Shown piece after piece: positions 9,169 to 19,089 of a DNA stretch of 32,000 nucleotides. The stretch lies in sequence record KC012945.1; one strand, 5' to 3'. The position numbers and the translations under genes were made by a program. The notes beneath the pieces were generated by a model, which searched no databases, was not told the origin of the DNA, and worked only from the letters and a program-made list of their open reading frames with translations. The stretch's first letter is position 1. Each line of letters begins with the position of its first letter.

Positions 9169-10140
9169 ATGAATTATGAAAAAAATAAATGCTTATTAAA
9201 AACTAATAGCTCTTTTTCTTTTCCAAAGAGGTTTTCTAACAGATCTTTTTTTAGTAAATTAGAAAACCTTAAATATTTTCCTGCACTGAAAAATGCAGAA
9301 TTACCTTTTTCACTTACAAGCTCGGGTCATTTAAATATCAAAACTTCAATATACATATTACTAAAAATTTTGAAAGGATATCAAAGAACAAATATAAGTT
9401 TCTATAACGATTTTTCTCTTAAAGCTTTAAATGATTTTTCTTTTAAATTACAAAGTAGTGGATTTTATACTAGTGTACTAGAAAGCCAAAGGAAAAAAAA
9501 GTTAGAAGAAATTCGCATGCAAATATTAAAGTTTTATACTTTTTCTATTTTAAAACAATACAATAGAAACAATATTGTTATTGATTGTTCGATCTTAAAT
9601 GAAAACTATTCACCTAAGAAAGGTTACAAAAATTTTTATGACAATTTAAAAATATCAAAATTGACTAATCGTATAAAAAGATCAAAAGCATATCAAAAAA
9701 GTTATTCTTTTTCAGTTCTTCAAAAGAAGTATACAAAAATTCTTGAATCAAGATTATTTCTTTACCTTAAAGCTCATAAAAAAAAATACAAAATTATTTT
9801 TAAGAATCTTAATTTGAATAGATTGAAGATAAAACAACTTTTTAATCTTTTTTCAAAGACAAAGAAAAAATTTGTAAAAGAAAAGAAAAATTTTTTTCTT
9901 CAATATAAAAGACTAACTTGGAAACGCAAAAAACAACGAGACAGAAAAAAAATAGGAATTTTTTATTTTCTTAGGAAACGGCGCCGTACTCTCTATAATT
10001 ATTATATTCCACGACACTTAGAAATAAATTACAAAACTTTCGATTTTATTCACTTAGGTAAGTTCGATTTATCAACAACTAATTCAAAGATTACATTTTG
10101 GTTAAATTTAAGACGTTTGCTTACTTTTGTTTCTTTATAA
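9169..10140 (+). CDS. orf323: lysine-rich ORF whose C-terminus resembles the S4 C-terminal block (probable second part of rps4)
   Basis: Same reading frame as 8425-9150. The terminal YYIPRHLEINYKTFDFIHLGKFDLS...LRRLLTF resembles the P-x-H/Y-L-E-V/I-N/D...LIVE block of plastid, bacterial and plant-mitochondrial S4. Confidence 0.55.
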   Translation: MNYEKNKCLLKTNSSFSFPKRFSNRSFFSKLENLKYFPALKNAELPFSLTSSGHLNIKTSIYILLKILKGYQRTNISFYNDFSLKALNDFSFKLQSSGFYTSVLESQRKKKLEEIRMQILKFYTFSILKQYNRNNIVIDCSILNENYSPKKGYKNFYDNLKISKLTNRIKRSKAYQKSYSFSVLQKKYTKILESRLFLYLKAHKKKYKIIFKNLNLNRLKIKQLFNLFSKTKKKFVKEKKNFFLQYKRLTWKRKKQRDRKKIGIFYFLRKRRRTLYNYYIPRHLEINYKTFDFIHLGKFDLSTTNSKITFWLNLRRLLTFVSL

Positions 10141-10182
10141 TTAGTCGTTATATTATAACCATACTTTTAAAAAATTAAAATT

Positions 10183-12207
10183 ATGTATTTAACATTAGTC
10201 TTTTTACCTTTATTTGGTTCAATAGCAGCTGGATTTTTCGGCTTTTTTATAGGGTCTCAAGGAGCAGGGTTTATTACAATTTTGTGCTTGGGCCTTACTT
10301 TCTTAATGTCTTGTTTTGCTTTTTACGAAGTAGCTTTTGCTGGATCTCCATGTTTTCTTCAAATAATGCCTTGGTTTGATTCAGAACTTTTTAGTTTTGC
10401 ATGGGGATTTCAGTTTGATAGTTTGACTGCTGTTATGTTAATTGTAGTAACTTTTATTTCGTTTTTAGTTCATCTTTATTCTACAGAATACATGAGTCAT
10501 GACCCGCATTTACCTAGATTTATGTCTTATTTATCTCTTTTTACCTTTTTTATGCTTATTTTGGTAACAGCAGATAATTTCATTCAAATGTTTGTTGGGT
10601 GGGAAGGAGTTGGTTTGTGCTCATATTTATTGATAAACTTTTGGTTTACAAGAATTCAAGCAAATAAAGCTGCTATAAAAGCAATGTTCATGAATCGTAT
10701 AGGTGATTTTGGACTTGCTTTAGGTATCTTTTGTATTTTTGTTACCTTTGGAGCTGTTGACTATTCTACCATTTTTACTTTGGCACCTTATTTTCTATCT
10801 GATACTATCAATTTTTTAAATATAGATTTTAATTTATTGGATTTAGTTGGAATTTTATTGTTTATAGGTGCTGTAGGGAAATCTGCTCAATTAGGGCTTC
10901 ATACATGGTTACCTGACGCCATGGAAGGTCCGACTCCAGTATCAGCGTTAATTCATGCTGCAACAATGGTTACAGCAGGTGTCTTTTTAATCGCAAGATG
11001 TTCACCTTTATATGAGTATGCACCTGGCGCTTTATCCGTTATTACTATTGTAGGTGCTATGACTGCTTTTTTTGCTGCTAGCACGGGGTTGCTTCAAAAT
11101 GATATGAAAAAGGTTATTGCGTATTCTACTTGTAGTCAATTAGGTTATATGATTTTTGCATGTGGTCTTTCAAATTATCATGTAGGGGTTTTCCATCTAG
11201 CCAATCATGCTTTCTTTAAAGCTCTATTGTTTTTGGGTGCTGGTTGTGTCATTCACGCGGTTGGTGATGAACAAGACATGCGAAAATTGGGTGGTCTTTC
11301 AAAAATTATGCCGTTTACTTATGGAATGATGTTAATAGGTTCTTTTTCTTTAATGGGTTTCCCGTTTTTAACAGGCTTTTATTCAAAGGATGTCATTTTG
11401 GAAGTTGCTTATGGGAAATATTCTACTTCAGGGCATTTTGCTTATGTATTAGGGAGTTTGTCTGCTTTCTTAACAGCTTTTTATTCGGTTCGCCTCCTTT
11501 ATTTAACTTTTCTTTCTAAGCCTAATGGTTACAGAGTTCTAATTTTGAATGCGCATGAAGCGCCCTGGAGAATGGCTTTGCCTTTACTTATTTTAGTTAT
11601 TCCGAGTATATTTATAGGTTATTTAACTAAAGATATGATTATTGGGTTAGGTACTAATTTTTGGCAAGGATCAATTTATATACAACCTAAAAATTTTAAC
11701 ATTATAGATGCAGAACATATTCCGCAAGCCGCAAAACTTCTGCCCGTTTGTTTGTCCATCTTGGGAGCTCTGACCTCATTTATACTTTACTTTTACGGTT
11801 CTCAAAGTCTTTTTTTGTTTAAAACATCTCCATTGGGGCTTAAGTTCTATACTTTTTTGAATCGAAAATGGTTTTTTGATAAGATATATAATGAAATTAT
11901 TGGTCAATTCTTTTTGTCAGCTGCGTATAACCTGACTTATAAGCAAATAGATCGTGGTTTAATTGAATCATTGGGTCCATTTGGGTTGACACGTTTAGTT
12001 TCAAAAATAGCTTTAAGTTTAAAAGTATTGCAAACTGGTTTTTTCTATCATTATACTTTAGCTATGGTTTTTAGTTTAATCTCTTTTTTAGCTTATTTTA
12101 GATTTGAGAATTCAACTTTTATTTTATTGTCTGATTCAAAATTATGGTTTTTATTTGTAATTGCTTTGTTTTTTATAAATACAGATTTTAAATCATTTAA
12201 AAATTAA
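10183..12207 (+). CDS. nad5: NADH dehydrogenase subunit 5
   Basis: 674 aa with Nad5 motifs (GWEGVGLCSYLLINFWFTR, GKSAQLGLHTWLPDAMEGPTPVSALIHAATMVTAG). Confidence 0.97.
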   Translation: MYLTLVFLPLFGSIAAGFFGFFIGSQGAGFITILCLGLTFLMSCFAFYEVAFAGSPCFLQIMPWFDSELFSFAWGFQFDSLTAVMLIVVTFISFLVHLYSTEYMSHDPHLPRFMSYLSLFTFFMLILVTADNFIQMFVGWEGVGLCSYLLINFWFTRIQANKAAIKAMFMNRIGDFGLALGIFCIFVTFGAVDYSTIFTLAPYFLSDTINFLNIDFNLLDLVGILLFIGAVGKSAQLGLHTWLPDAMEGPTPVSALIHAATMVTAGVFLIARCSPLYEYAPGALSVITIVGAMTAFFAASTGLLQNDMKKVIAYSTCSQLGYMIFACGLSNYHVGVFHLANHAFFKALLFLGAGCVIHAVGDEQDMRKLGGLSKIMPFTYGMMLIGSFSLMGFPFLTGFYSKDVILEVAYGKYSTSGHFAYVLGSLSAFLTAFYSVRLLYLTFLSKPNGYRVLILNAHEAPWRMALPLLILVIPSIFIGYLTKDMIIGLGTNFWQGSIYIQPKNFNIIDAEHIPQAAKLLPVCLSILGALTSFILYFYGSQSLFLFKTSPLGLKFYTFLNRKWFFDKIYNEIIGQFFLSAAYNLTYKQIDRGLIESLGPFGLTRLVSKIALSLKVLQTGFFYHYTLAMVFSLISFLAYFRFENSTFILLSDSKLWFLFVIALFFINTDFKSFKN

Positions 12208-12223
12208 TATTAAAAAATAAAAT

Positions 12224-12406
12224 ATGCGTAAATTTATCGTACAGTTTTTTTATCTTTCTATTTTCACTTTCGTATGGTATCAAGCTTTTCTTCTTTTCTT
12301 AAAGTTTGCATGGGGCTCAAAATACTTTGTTGTTGATGATCCTCGTTTGTGGCTACTATTTTTTGTAGCTTTGTTTTTTTACGATTTTATTCCACCTAAA
12401 CAATGA
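12224..12406 (+). CDS. orf60, small hydrophobic ORF paralogous to the nad5 C-terminus
   Basis: The 60-aa ORF aligns colinearly with the last 55 aa of Nad5: FFY...SKYFVVDDPRLWLLFFVALFF versus FFY...STFILLSDSKLWFLFVIALFF. Its stop overlaps the rpl14 start (ATGA). Confidence 0.4.
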   Translation: MRKFIVQFFYLSIFTFVWYQAFLLFLKFAWGSKYFVVDDPRLWLLFFVALFFYDFIPPKQ

Positions 12407-12783
12407 TTCAAACAGAAACACTATTACAAGTAACAGATAATTCTGGAGCAAAAAAAGTCAAGTGTATAAAAATCCTAGGTGGATTTCGACGAAAATTTGC
12501 TAAGATTGGTGACCTTGTTATTGCCTCTATACGCGTCGTCAAACAGCACAAGAAAAAAAAAGTTAAAGTTAAAGAAGGTGAAGTTGTTCATGCACTTATT
12601 GTTCGGACAAAATCCAAATTTTCTCGTCAGAATTCAACACAATTACAATATCAAAAAAATTGCGTTGTTTTAATGACAACTAAAAATAAGCCCCTTGCAA
12701 CAAGAGTTTTAGGTCCTGTCCCTAAAATTTTACGTCATTCTAAGTTTATGAAAGTTGCGGCTTTATCTGCTGGTTTTATTTAA
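12403..12783 (+). CDS. rpl14: ribosomal protein L14
   Basis: MIQTETLLQVTDNSGAKKVKCIKILGG is the canonical L14 N-terminus. Confidence 0.95.
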   Translation: MIQTETLLQVTDNSGAKKVKCIKILGGFRRKFAKIGDLVIASIRVVKQHKKKKVKVKEGEVVHALIVRTKSKFSRQNSTQLQYQKNCVVLMTTKNKPLATRVLGPVPKILRHSKFMKVAALSAGFI

Positions 12784-12789
12784 CTTGCT

Positions 12790-13329
12790 ATGTATACTTT
12801 TAAATATTATTACCAACATATAATAAAACAAGATTTATTAACAAAATTTGATTACAATAACGCTCTACAAATTCCCTTTTTAAATAAGATTGTTATTAAT
12901 TTTGGCGCTTCACAATCAACTTTTAAGAATTTGTTGCCCTCTTTGGCTTCAGCTCCTCTGTTATGTTCCCAATTTCCATATATAACAATATCGAAAAAAA
13001 CTACTTTGTTATTAAAAACAAAAGGCGGCGTCGCTATTGGGTGCAAGATAGATTTGAGAGGCATCAACAAATTTTTTTTTTTTGAAAAGTTTATCTTTTG
13101 TATTTTACCGCGTATAAAAAATTTTTGTTATGTTGTTGTAGACAACAATGTTTTTTTCAAACTTGATAATTTGTTTCTATTTAAAGAAATAGCCAAGGAA
13201 TATGATTATTTTCAGGATTTACCCAAATTAAGCGTAAATTTAAATTTTAAAGCAAAGAATTCAAAGGAGGTTTCAGTTTTTTTATCCGCTTTAAAATTCC
13301 CACCTATTATTAAAAGTCAATATGATTAG
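12790..13329 (+). CDS. rpl5: ribosomal protein L5
   Basis: 179 aa. KQDLLTKFDYNNALQIPFLNKIVINFG matches the L5 N-terminal core, and the gene follows rpl14 as in bacterial spc operons. Confidence 0.82.
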   Translation: MYTFKYYYQHIIKQDLLTKFDYNNALQIPFLNKIVINFGASQSTFKNLLPSLASAPLLCSQFPYITISKKTTLLLKTKGGVAIGCKIDLRGINKFFFFEKFIFCILPRIKNFCYVVVDNNVFFKLDNLFLFKEIAKEYDYFQDLPKLSVNLNFKAKNSKEVSVFLSALKFPPIIKSQYD

Positions 13330-13486
13330 TTTTGGTCAATTATTTATTCTTATTTTGCTAGTATTATTCTTGTTCGGTGATATTCGAAAAATTCTTAATA
13401 AATTTATTATTCTCTTTTTTAATTTTAAAAATGTTTATAAAAATTTTAATAAGACAAATGATAAAAATGAAAAAAACGAAAAATAA
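13322..13486 (+). CDS. tatA: candidate Sec-independent translocase subunit TatA (54 aa, below the ORF-track cutoff)
   Basis: Translates to MISFGQLFILILLVLFLFGDIRKILNKFIILFFNFKNVYKNFNKTNDKNEKNEK. It has one N-terminal TM helix, an LFG hinge, then a basic amphipathic segment and a polar tail, as in bacterial TatA (..WQLLIIAVIVVLLFGTKKL..IKGFKKAM). The ATG overlaps the rpl5 stop by 8 nt. Confidence 0.5.
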   Translation: MISFGQLFILILLVLFLFGDIRKILNKFIILFFNFKNVYKNFNKTNDKNEKNEK

Positions 13487-13561
13487 AAATAACACTTTTA
13501 AAAATTTCTCTTCGGTTAGTTAAATTATATATTCTTTACTTCTTATTTTCAAAAAATTGCT

Positions 13562-14722
13562 ATGTGTTGGCGTTGGAATAAACATCTTTTAACAGGTATT
13601 TTAGATAGTCATATTATTGATTATCCTACTCCTAAAAATTTAAATTATATGTGGAGCTTTGGTTCAACTGCTGGAATCTGCCTTGGTATCCAAATGTTAA
13701 CCGGTATTTTCCTTGCGATGCATTATTGCCCTAAAATGGAATATGCATTCTATAGCATTGAACATATTATGAGAAATGTAAAATATGGTTGGTTAATCCG
13801 ATATATTCACGCAAATGGGGCTTCAATGTTCTTTATTGTAGTGTACAGTCATATTTTTCGAGGATTATATTACGGTTCTTATATGTACCCTAGACATTAT
13901 TTATGGATGTCGGGAGTTGTTATTTTTATTTTAATGATGGCAACTGCTTTTATGGGTTATGTTTTGCCTTGGGGTCAAATGAGTTTTTGGGGAGCTACTG
14001 TAATTACCAACTTATTTTCTACTATACCTTTTGTGGGGCGTGATATTGTAGAATGGTTGTGGGGTGGTTTTTCTGTAAATAATCCTACATTAAATCGTTT
14101 CTTTAGTTTGCACTATACTTTACCTTTTGTAATTGCGGGTGCTGCTATTGTTCATCTAGCCCTTCTTCATGATGTCGGATCTAATAATCCTTTGGGAGTC
14201 GAATATTACGGAGACAAGATTTCTTTTTATCCGTACTTTTACGTAAAAGATTTGTTTAGTCTTTTCATTTTATTGATTGTTTTTTCAGTCTTTTTATATT
14301 TTTTCCCTAATGAGTTAAATCATCCTGACAATTATGTTCCTGCGGATCCCTTAACAACTCCGGCACACATTGTTCCGGAATGGTATTTTTTACCTTTTTA
14401 TGCGATACTTCGATCTGTTCCTCACAAATTAGGGGGTGTTTTAGCTATGGGTGGAGCTATTGTGCTACTTTTAATTTTACCATATCTAAATACTTCTCGA
14501 GTAAGAAGTACTTATTTTAGACCATTATATGCGCAAGCATTTTGGTTTTTATTTTTTGACTTCCTTTTTTTAGGTTGGATTGGTCAAAAAGAGGTTGCGG
14601 AGCCTTATACTTACTTAGGTATAATAGCAACTTTGTATTACTTTTTTTTCTTTCTTGTTTTAGTTCCCCTACTAGGGATATTAGAAGAAAAACTAATCTG
14701 TTATGACGTTGAAAAAATTTAA
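13562..14722 (+). CDS. cob: apocytochrome b
   Basis: 386 aa with Cob motifs ([40 protein letters not shown]). Confidence 0.97.
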   Translation: MCWRWNKHLLTGILDSHIIDYPTPKNLNYMWSFGSTAGICLGIQMLTGIFLAMHYCPKMEYAFYSIEHIMRNVKYGWLIRYIHANGASMFFIVVYSHIFRGLYYGSYMYPRHYLWMSGVVIFILMMATAFMGYVLPWGQMSFWGATVITNLFSTIPFVGRDIVEWLWGGFSVNNPTLNRFFSLHYTLPFVIAGAAIVHLALLHDVGSNNPLGVEYYGDKISFYPYFYVKDLFSLFILLIVFSVFLYFFPNELNHPDNYVPADPLTTPAHIVPEWYFLPFYAILRSVPHKLGGVLAMGGAIVLLLILPYLNTSRVRSTYFRPLYAQAFWFLFFDFLFLGWIGQKEVAEPYTYLGIIATLYYFFFFLVLVPLLGILEEKLICYDVEKI

Positions 14723-14767
14723 ATTTTTTTAAAACCCCTATCATTTTTTTAAATCCTTATTATAAAC

Positions 14768-15580
14768 ATGTATGAGTTAATCAAAAAAAATACTCAAAAA
14801 CATCCTTTTCATTTAGTAGACCCTAGCCCATGGCCTTTAGTTGCAGCTTTTGCAGCTTTTACTGTTACAAGTGGTGGGGTTTTATATATGCATAATTACA
14901 GTGGTGGAGGTTTTCTTCTATTCGTTGGTTTTCTTTTTCTACTTTTTGTAATGTATACATGGTGGCGAGATATTGTCCGAGAAGGAACTTTTGAAGGGCA
15001 ACATACTAAAGCTGTTCAGAGTGGACTTCGAATGGGTATGATTCTTTTCATTGTTTCGGAAATAATGTTTTTCCTTGCTTTCTTTTGGGCTTTTTTTCAT
15101 TCAAGTTTGGCACCTGTTCCTGAAATAGGTGGAGTGTGGCCTCCGAAAGCTATCGAAGTTATGTCGCCTTGGGGGATTCCTTTTTTAAATACAATCATTT
15201 TATTAACATCGGGTGCCACAGTAACTTGGGCGCACGAAGCTATCATTCATAATCGACGAGAAGACGCGTTAAGCTCGTTAATCTACACTATATTGTATGC
15301 AATCTATTTTACAAGTTTTCAAGTTTATGAGTACTATCATGCTGGATTTGCCATGTCTGATGGTATATATGGATCTGTTTTTTATATGGCTACTGGATTT
15401 CATGGATTTCATGTATTTGTAGGTACTTGCTTTCTTATTGTTTGTGCTATTCGACTTTATAACTATCATTTTACAGTGGAACATCATTTTGGATTTGAAG
15501 CTGCTGCTTGGTACTGGCATTTTGTAGATGTTGTTTGGTTATTTTTGTTCGTTAGTATTTACTGGTGGGGAGGTTCCTAA
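14768..15580 (+). CDS. cox3: cytochrome c oxidase subunit 3
   Basis: 270 aa with Cox3 motifs ([39 protein letters not shown]). Confidence 0.97.
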   Translation: MYELIKKNTQKHPFHLVDPSPWPLVAAFAAFTVTSGGVLYMHNYSGGGFLLFVGFLFLLFVMYTWWRDIVREGTFEGQHTKAVQSGLRMGMILFIVSEIMFFLAFFWAFFHSSLAPVPEIGGVWPPKAIEVMSPWGIPFLNTIILLTSGATVTWAHEAIIHNRREDALSSLIYTILYAIYFTSFQVYEYYHAGFAMSDGIYGSVFYMATGFHGFHVFVGTCFLIVCAIRLYNYHFTVEHHFGFEAAAWYWHFVDVVWLFLFVSIYWWGGS

Positions 15581-15615
15581 ATAATTTTTTAGAAAATTTA
15601 CAAAAAATAACATTA

Positions 15616-15984
15616 ATGCCGTCTTTATTCTATGAAGAATATTTCCCTGTATGGATAGCTTTGTTTGTTAGCATTTTTTTAAGTATTATTATTTTCACCT
15701 TGTCTTATATTTTAGCCATTCAAAATCCAGACACTGAAAAGTTGTCTTCATATGAATGTGGATTTGACCCGTATGAAGATGCCAGAAATACTTTTGATAT
15801 TCGCTTTTACTTGGTAGCTATATTGTTTATTATTTTTGATTTAGAAGCCGTTTTCTTTTTTCCTTGGGCAATTTCTTTGAGTCACATTACTTCATGGGGA
15901 TTTTGGACCATGATTGATTTTATTATTGAGCTTGCATTAGGATTTTTTTATGCCTGGAAAATTGGCGCTTTGGAATGGGAATAA
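15616..15984 (+). CDS. nad3: NADH dehydrogenase subunit 3
   Basis: The ORF is open from 15565, overlapping the cox3 end. The ATG at 15616 gives a normal 122-aa Nad3 (SSYECGFDPYEDARNTFDIRFYLVAILFIIFDLE). Confidence 0.92.
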   Translation: MPSLFYEEYFPVWIALFVSIFLSIIIFTLSYILAIQNPDTEKLSSYECGFDPYEDARNTFDIRFYLVAILFIIFDLEAVFFFPWAISLSHITSWGFWTMIDFIIELALGFFYAWKIGALEWE

Positions 15985-16007
15985 AATTTTGAATATACAG
16001 TAAGCTA

Positions 16008-16577
16008 ATGATTGGAATCTTATATATTAAAACATTAAAAAAACTTATTCCTTTAGAAAATTCTAAAATTTTTAAAGATGAATTAATATTGACCGTTCAT
16101 CCAAAAGATTTATATGGTGTTATGAAATTTTTAAAATACAACATGTTATGCCAATTTAATTGCTTAACAGCTATATCGGGAACCGATTACCCTGAAAGAG
16201 AAAATCGGTTTGAGGTTTCATATGAGCTGTTAAGTATTCATCATAATCGAAGAATTCGTGTTAAAACTTTCGTTAATGAAGTAACGCCGTTATTGTCTAT
16301 GATTCCTTTATATCCTGCTGCTAATTGGTGGGAACGTGAAATTTGGGATTTATTTGGTGTATTTTTCCAAAATCATCCTGATTTACGAAGAATACTTACT
16401 GATTATGGCTTCCAAGGTCATCCATTACGTAAAGATTTTCCTTTAAGTGGTTACGTTGAAGTTAGTTATGATGAAAAATTAAAACGTGTTATTTCTCAGC
16501 CTTTAGAATTAACACAAGAGTTTCGATTCTTTGATTTTAGAAGCCCCTGGTCAGATTCTTTTGCTCATAAAAATTAA
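16008..16577 (+). CDS. nad9: NADH dehydrogenase subunit 9 (30-kDa subunit)
   Basis: [56 protein letters not shown]. Confidence 0.95.
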   Translation: MIGILYIKTLKKLIPLENSKIFKDELILTVHPKDLYGVMKFLKYNMLCQFNCLTAISGTDYPERENRFEVSYELLSIHHNRRIRVKTFVNEVTPLLSMIPLYPAANWWEREIWDLFGVFFQNHPDLRRILTDYGFQGHPLRKDFPLSGYVEVSYDEKLKRVISQPLELTQEFRFFDFRSPWSDSFAHKN

Positions 16578-16617
16578 AACCTTTATATTATTTACAAAAA
16601 AATAAAATTAAAATATT

Positions 16618-17445
16618 ATGGATAATTTACTTTTTAAAAAAATTAAACCTACGACTCCATCTCAACGAACTTTTAAAGTTTTAAAAAGGCCTAAAATTTG
16701 GACAAAAAAATCATTGAAAAGTAAAACTTCATTTCTGATTAGGAAATTTGGTCGTAATCATAAGGGTCAAATTACGATATTTCAAAAAGGTGGAGGACAT
16801 AAAAAGATTTATAGAACAATAGATTTTCGAAGGCTTACGACGACTGGCATTGTAGAAGCTGTAGAATATGATCCTTTTAGAACCGCTTATTTGGCGCGCG
16901 TGTTTGATCCTGTTAAACGCACACACGCCTACATTTTATGTCCTAAAAATTTATGTGTTGGCGCGTTAATACGTTCGGGTGAAGAAGCTGAAATTAAATT
17001 GGGACATGCAATGCCTCTTCATCGAATACCCGTAGGTAGTTTAATGCACAATTTGTCTACTTCAAAAGGAAAACGTGGTCAATACTGTAAAGCGGCCGGT
17101 GCGTATGCGCAGCTTATACAGAAAACAAAAAAATATGCTCGTGTTCGTCTTTCTTCTGGAGAACAAAGGTTGATACATTTAGATTGTTATGCTACTTTGG
17201 GTGTTGTATCCAATGAAAATCATAATTTGAGTACTGTAGGAAAAGCGGGTCGAAATCGGTGGCGTAATAAACGGCCTAATGTTAGAGGTGTTGCAATGAA
17301 TCCTATCGATCACCCACACGGCGGCGGTGAAGGCAAAACTTCAGGCGGGCGCCCTTCGGTAACACCTTGGGGAAAACCTACTAAAGGATCAAAAACAAGT
17401 AGATCTCGTAATCCTCTTATATTGGTTAGCAGAAAAAAAAATTAA
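16618..17445 (+). CDS. rpl2: ribosomal protein L2
   Basis: GRNHKGQIT, VRGVAMNPIDHPHGGGEGKTSGGRPSVTPWGKPT. Confidence 0.95.
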   Translation: MDNLLFKKIKPTTPSQRTFKVLKRPKIWTKKSLKSKTSFLIRKFGRNHKGQITIFQKGGGHKKIYRTIDFRRLTTTGIVEAVEYDPFRTAYLARVFDPVKRTHAYILCPKNLCVGALIRSGEEAEIKLGHAMPLHRIPVGSLMHNLSTSKGKRGQYCKAAGAYAQLIQKTKKYARVRLSSGEQRLIHLDCYATLGVVSNENHNLSTVGKAGRNRWRNKRPNVRGVAMNPIDHPHGGGEGKTSGGRPSVTPWGKPTKGSKTSRSRNPLILVSRKKN

Positions 17446-17451
17446 ATTTTA

Positions 17452-17709
17452 ATGAATAATTCGAAAACTTTACCTTTAAACTTAAAAAAGATTCGAACTC
17501 TAAATGCAAATTTATCTTTAAAAACATGGTCTAGATCATCAATTATAACAGATGAATTTTTTGGTATGCGACTTAAAGTCCACAATGGAAAAGATTTTAT
17601 ACCTTTATTGGTAATACCTGAAATGCTCGGGTACAAAATAGGAGAATTTGTAGGAACAAGAGCTCGTTATCAATTTAAAAAGAAAAAAAAGAAAAAAACC
17701 AAAAAATAA
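17452..17709 (+). CDS. rps19: ribosomal protein S19 with a poly-lysine tail
   Basis: VHNGKDFIPLLVIPEMLGYKIGEFVGTR is the S19 core, and the gene sits in the rpl2-rps19-rps3 order. Confidence 0.9.
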   Translation: MNNSKTLPLNLKKIRTLNANLSLKTWSRSSIITDEFFGMRLKVHNGKDFIPLLVIPEMLGYKIGEFVGTRARYQFKKKKKKKTKK

Positions 17710-17712
17710 AGA

Positions 17713-18975
17713 ATGGGTCAAAAGATTAATCCTACTATTTTTCGTCAATTAATAACCAAGCCTGAATTATCTCTATGGATTTCTCCTAAAAATAATATTG
17801 CGTCTCTTCAACATCAAGATTTGGAACTTCGCAAGTTTTTAGAAGTTTTGTTACGATCTAGGGGTATTTTATTAAGAAATTTGAAAATGCAAAGGTTCGG
17901 TAAAAAAATTTTGCTTGAATTAGATTTGTACTTCAGTTATCTCCTTGCTAAACAAGCTAAATTTTTGTGGGCTAAAAACTTATTTCGAACTGTTAAAGAA
18001 GAATATATAGATCTGAGAAAAATGAGAGATTTAAAAACCTTCATTGAAGAACTTGAAGAACCTTCTAACGAAAACGATGTACTTAAACCTTTAAAAAGGT
18101 CAAGACACACTCTGTCGCAGAAAAAACGTAAAAAAAGTTTCTTGTATAAAAAAAATTTCATTTTTAATTCGTCTGTCCTAACTTATAAATATAGATTCTG
18201 CTTTTTTTTATTAGCGAAAAAAGAAAAAAATTTACGTGCTTGTAAAAAAAAATTGTTATCTATTTTAGGAACTGAGAAAAATTCTATTAGATCTGGCCTT
18301 TTAAGATTAAAATTCGAGAAACTAAAAAAACTTTTTGTTATAAACAAGTTTAATTATGAATTTCAAAACTATAATATTAAAAATTCTTTATTCCCTTTAA
18401 ATGTAAAAAAAGATAAAAAATCTCTCTTAAAATTGAATCAAAATTTGTGTGAATCTTTACATCATTTTACGGGTTATGAAGATATACACATAAAAATTTA
18501 TAGCAAACAATTAGATTTTCTTCCGTCATTTAAATTGTATCAATCTTTTATTCAAAGAAAATTGTTTTTTTTTCAAAAAAACAAACAGTTAAAGAAATAC
18601 TTTTGTGAGTCTTTAGAAATTATTTATTTTGTATTAGGAACTTTTGGTTACGGCAATGCTTATTTGTTAGGAAAATTAATTTCTCATATGATAGAAAATA
18701 ACCGTAAACATACTCAAAGCGTAAGATTTTTAAAAAAAGCTTTACAGGTTTTTTTCAAGTATATGCCGCCTTACTTTTTTTGTGTTGATGGTGTAAAAAT
18801 ACTTATTAAAGGTCGATTTAATAAACGTAGAAGAACTAAAACCATTGTTTTAATTAAAGGTCAAATATCACTTCAAACTATAAAAACACAAATAGATTAT
18901 TATCAAACTCAAGCAATAACCTTGTATGGAGCTTTTGGTATAAAAATTTGGTTATCAAAAAAACAAGTTTATTAA
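17713..18975 (+). CDS. rps3: ribosomal protein S3 with a long internal lysine-rich expansion
   Basis: N-terminal MGQKINPTIFR and C-terminal GVKILIKGRFNKRRRTK...YGAFGIKIWL are S3 blocks. About 250 aa between them is low complexity. Confidence 0.85.
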   Translation: MGQKINPTIFRQLITKPELSLWISPKNNIASLQHQDLELRKFLEVLLRSRGILLRNLKMQRFGKKILLELDLYFSYLLAKQAKFLWAKNLFRTVKEEYIDLRKMRDLKTFIEELEEPSNENDVLKPLKRSRHTLSQKKRKKSFLYKKNFIFNSSVLTYKYRFCFFLLAKKEKNLRACKKKLLSILGTEKNSIRSGLLRLKFEKLKKLFVINKFNYEFQNYNIKNSLFPLNVKKDKKSLLKLNQNLCESLHHFTGYEDIHIKIYSKQLDFLPSFKLYQSFIQRKLFFFQKNKQLKKYFCESLEIIYFVLGTFGYGNAYLLGKLISHMIENNRKHTQSVRFLKKALQVFFKYMPPYFFCVDGVKILIKGRFNKRRRTKTIVLIKGQISLQTIKTQIDYYQTQAITLYGAFGIKIWLSKKQVY

Positions 18976-19016
18976 GTATCTTTAACTTTTTAATTCCTTA
19001 GTCTTTATATTTAAAA

Positions 19017-19089
19017 GAGAAAGTAACTCAGTGGTTAGAGTGTTGACCTGTCACGTCAAAAGCCGCGGGTTCGAATCCCGTTTTTCTCG
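19017..19089 (+). tRNA. trnD: tRNA-Asp(GUC)
   Basis: 73 nt. Acceptor gagaaag/ttttctc (one G-U), D-arm actc/gagt, anticodon stem ttgac/gtcaa, loop ctGTCac, T-loop ttcgaat. Confidence 0.88.
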
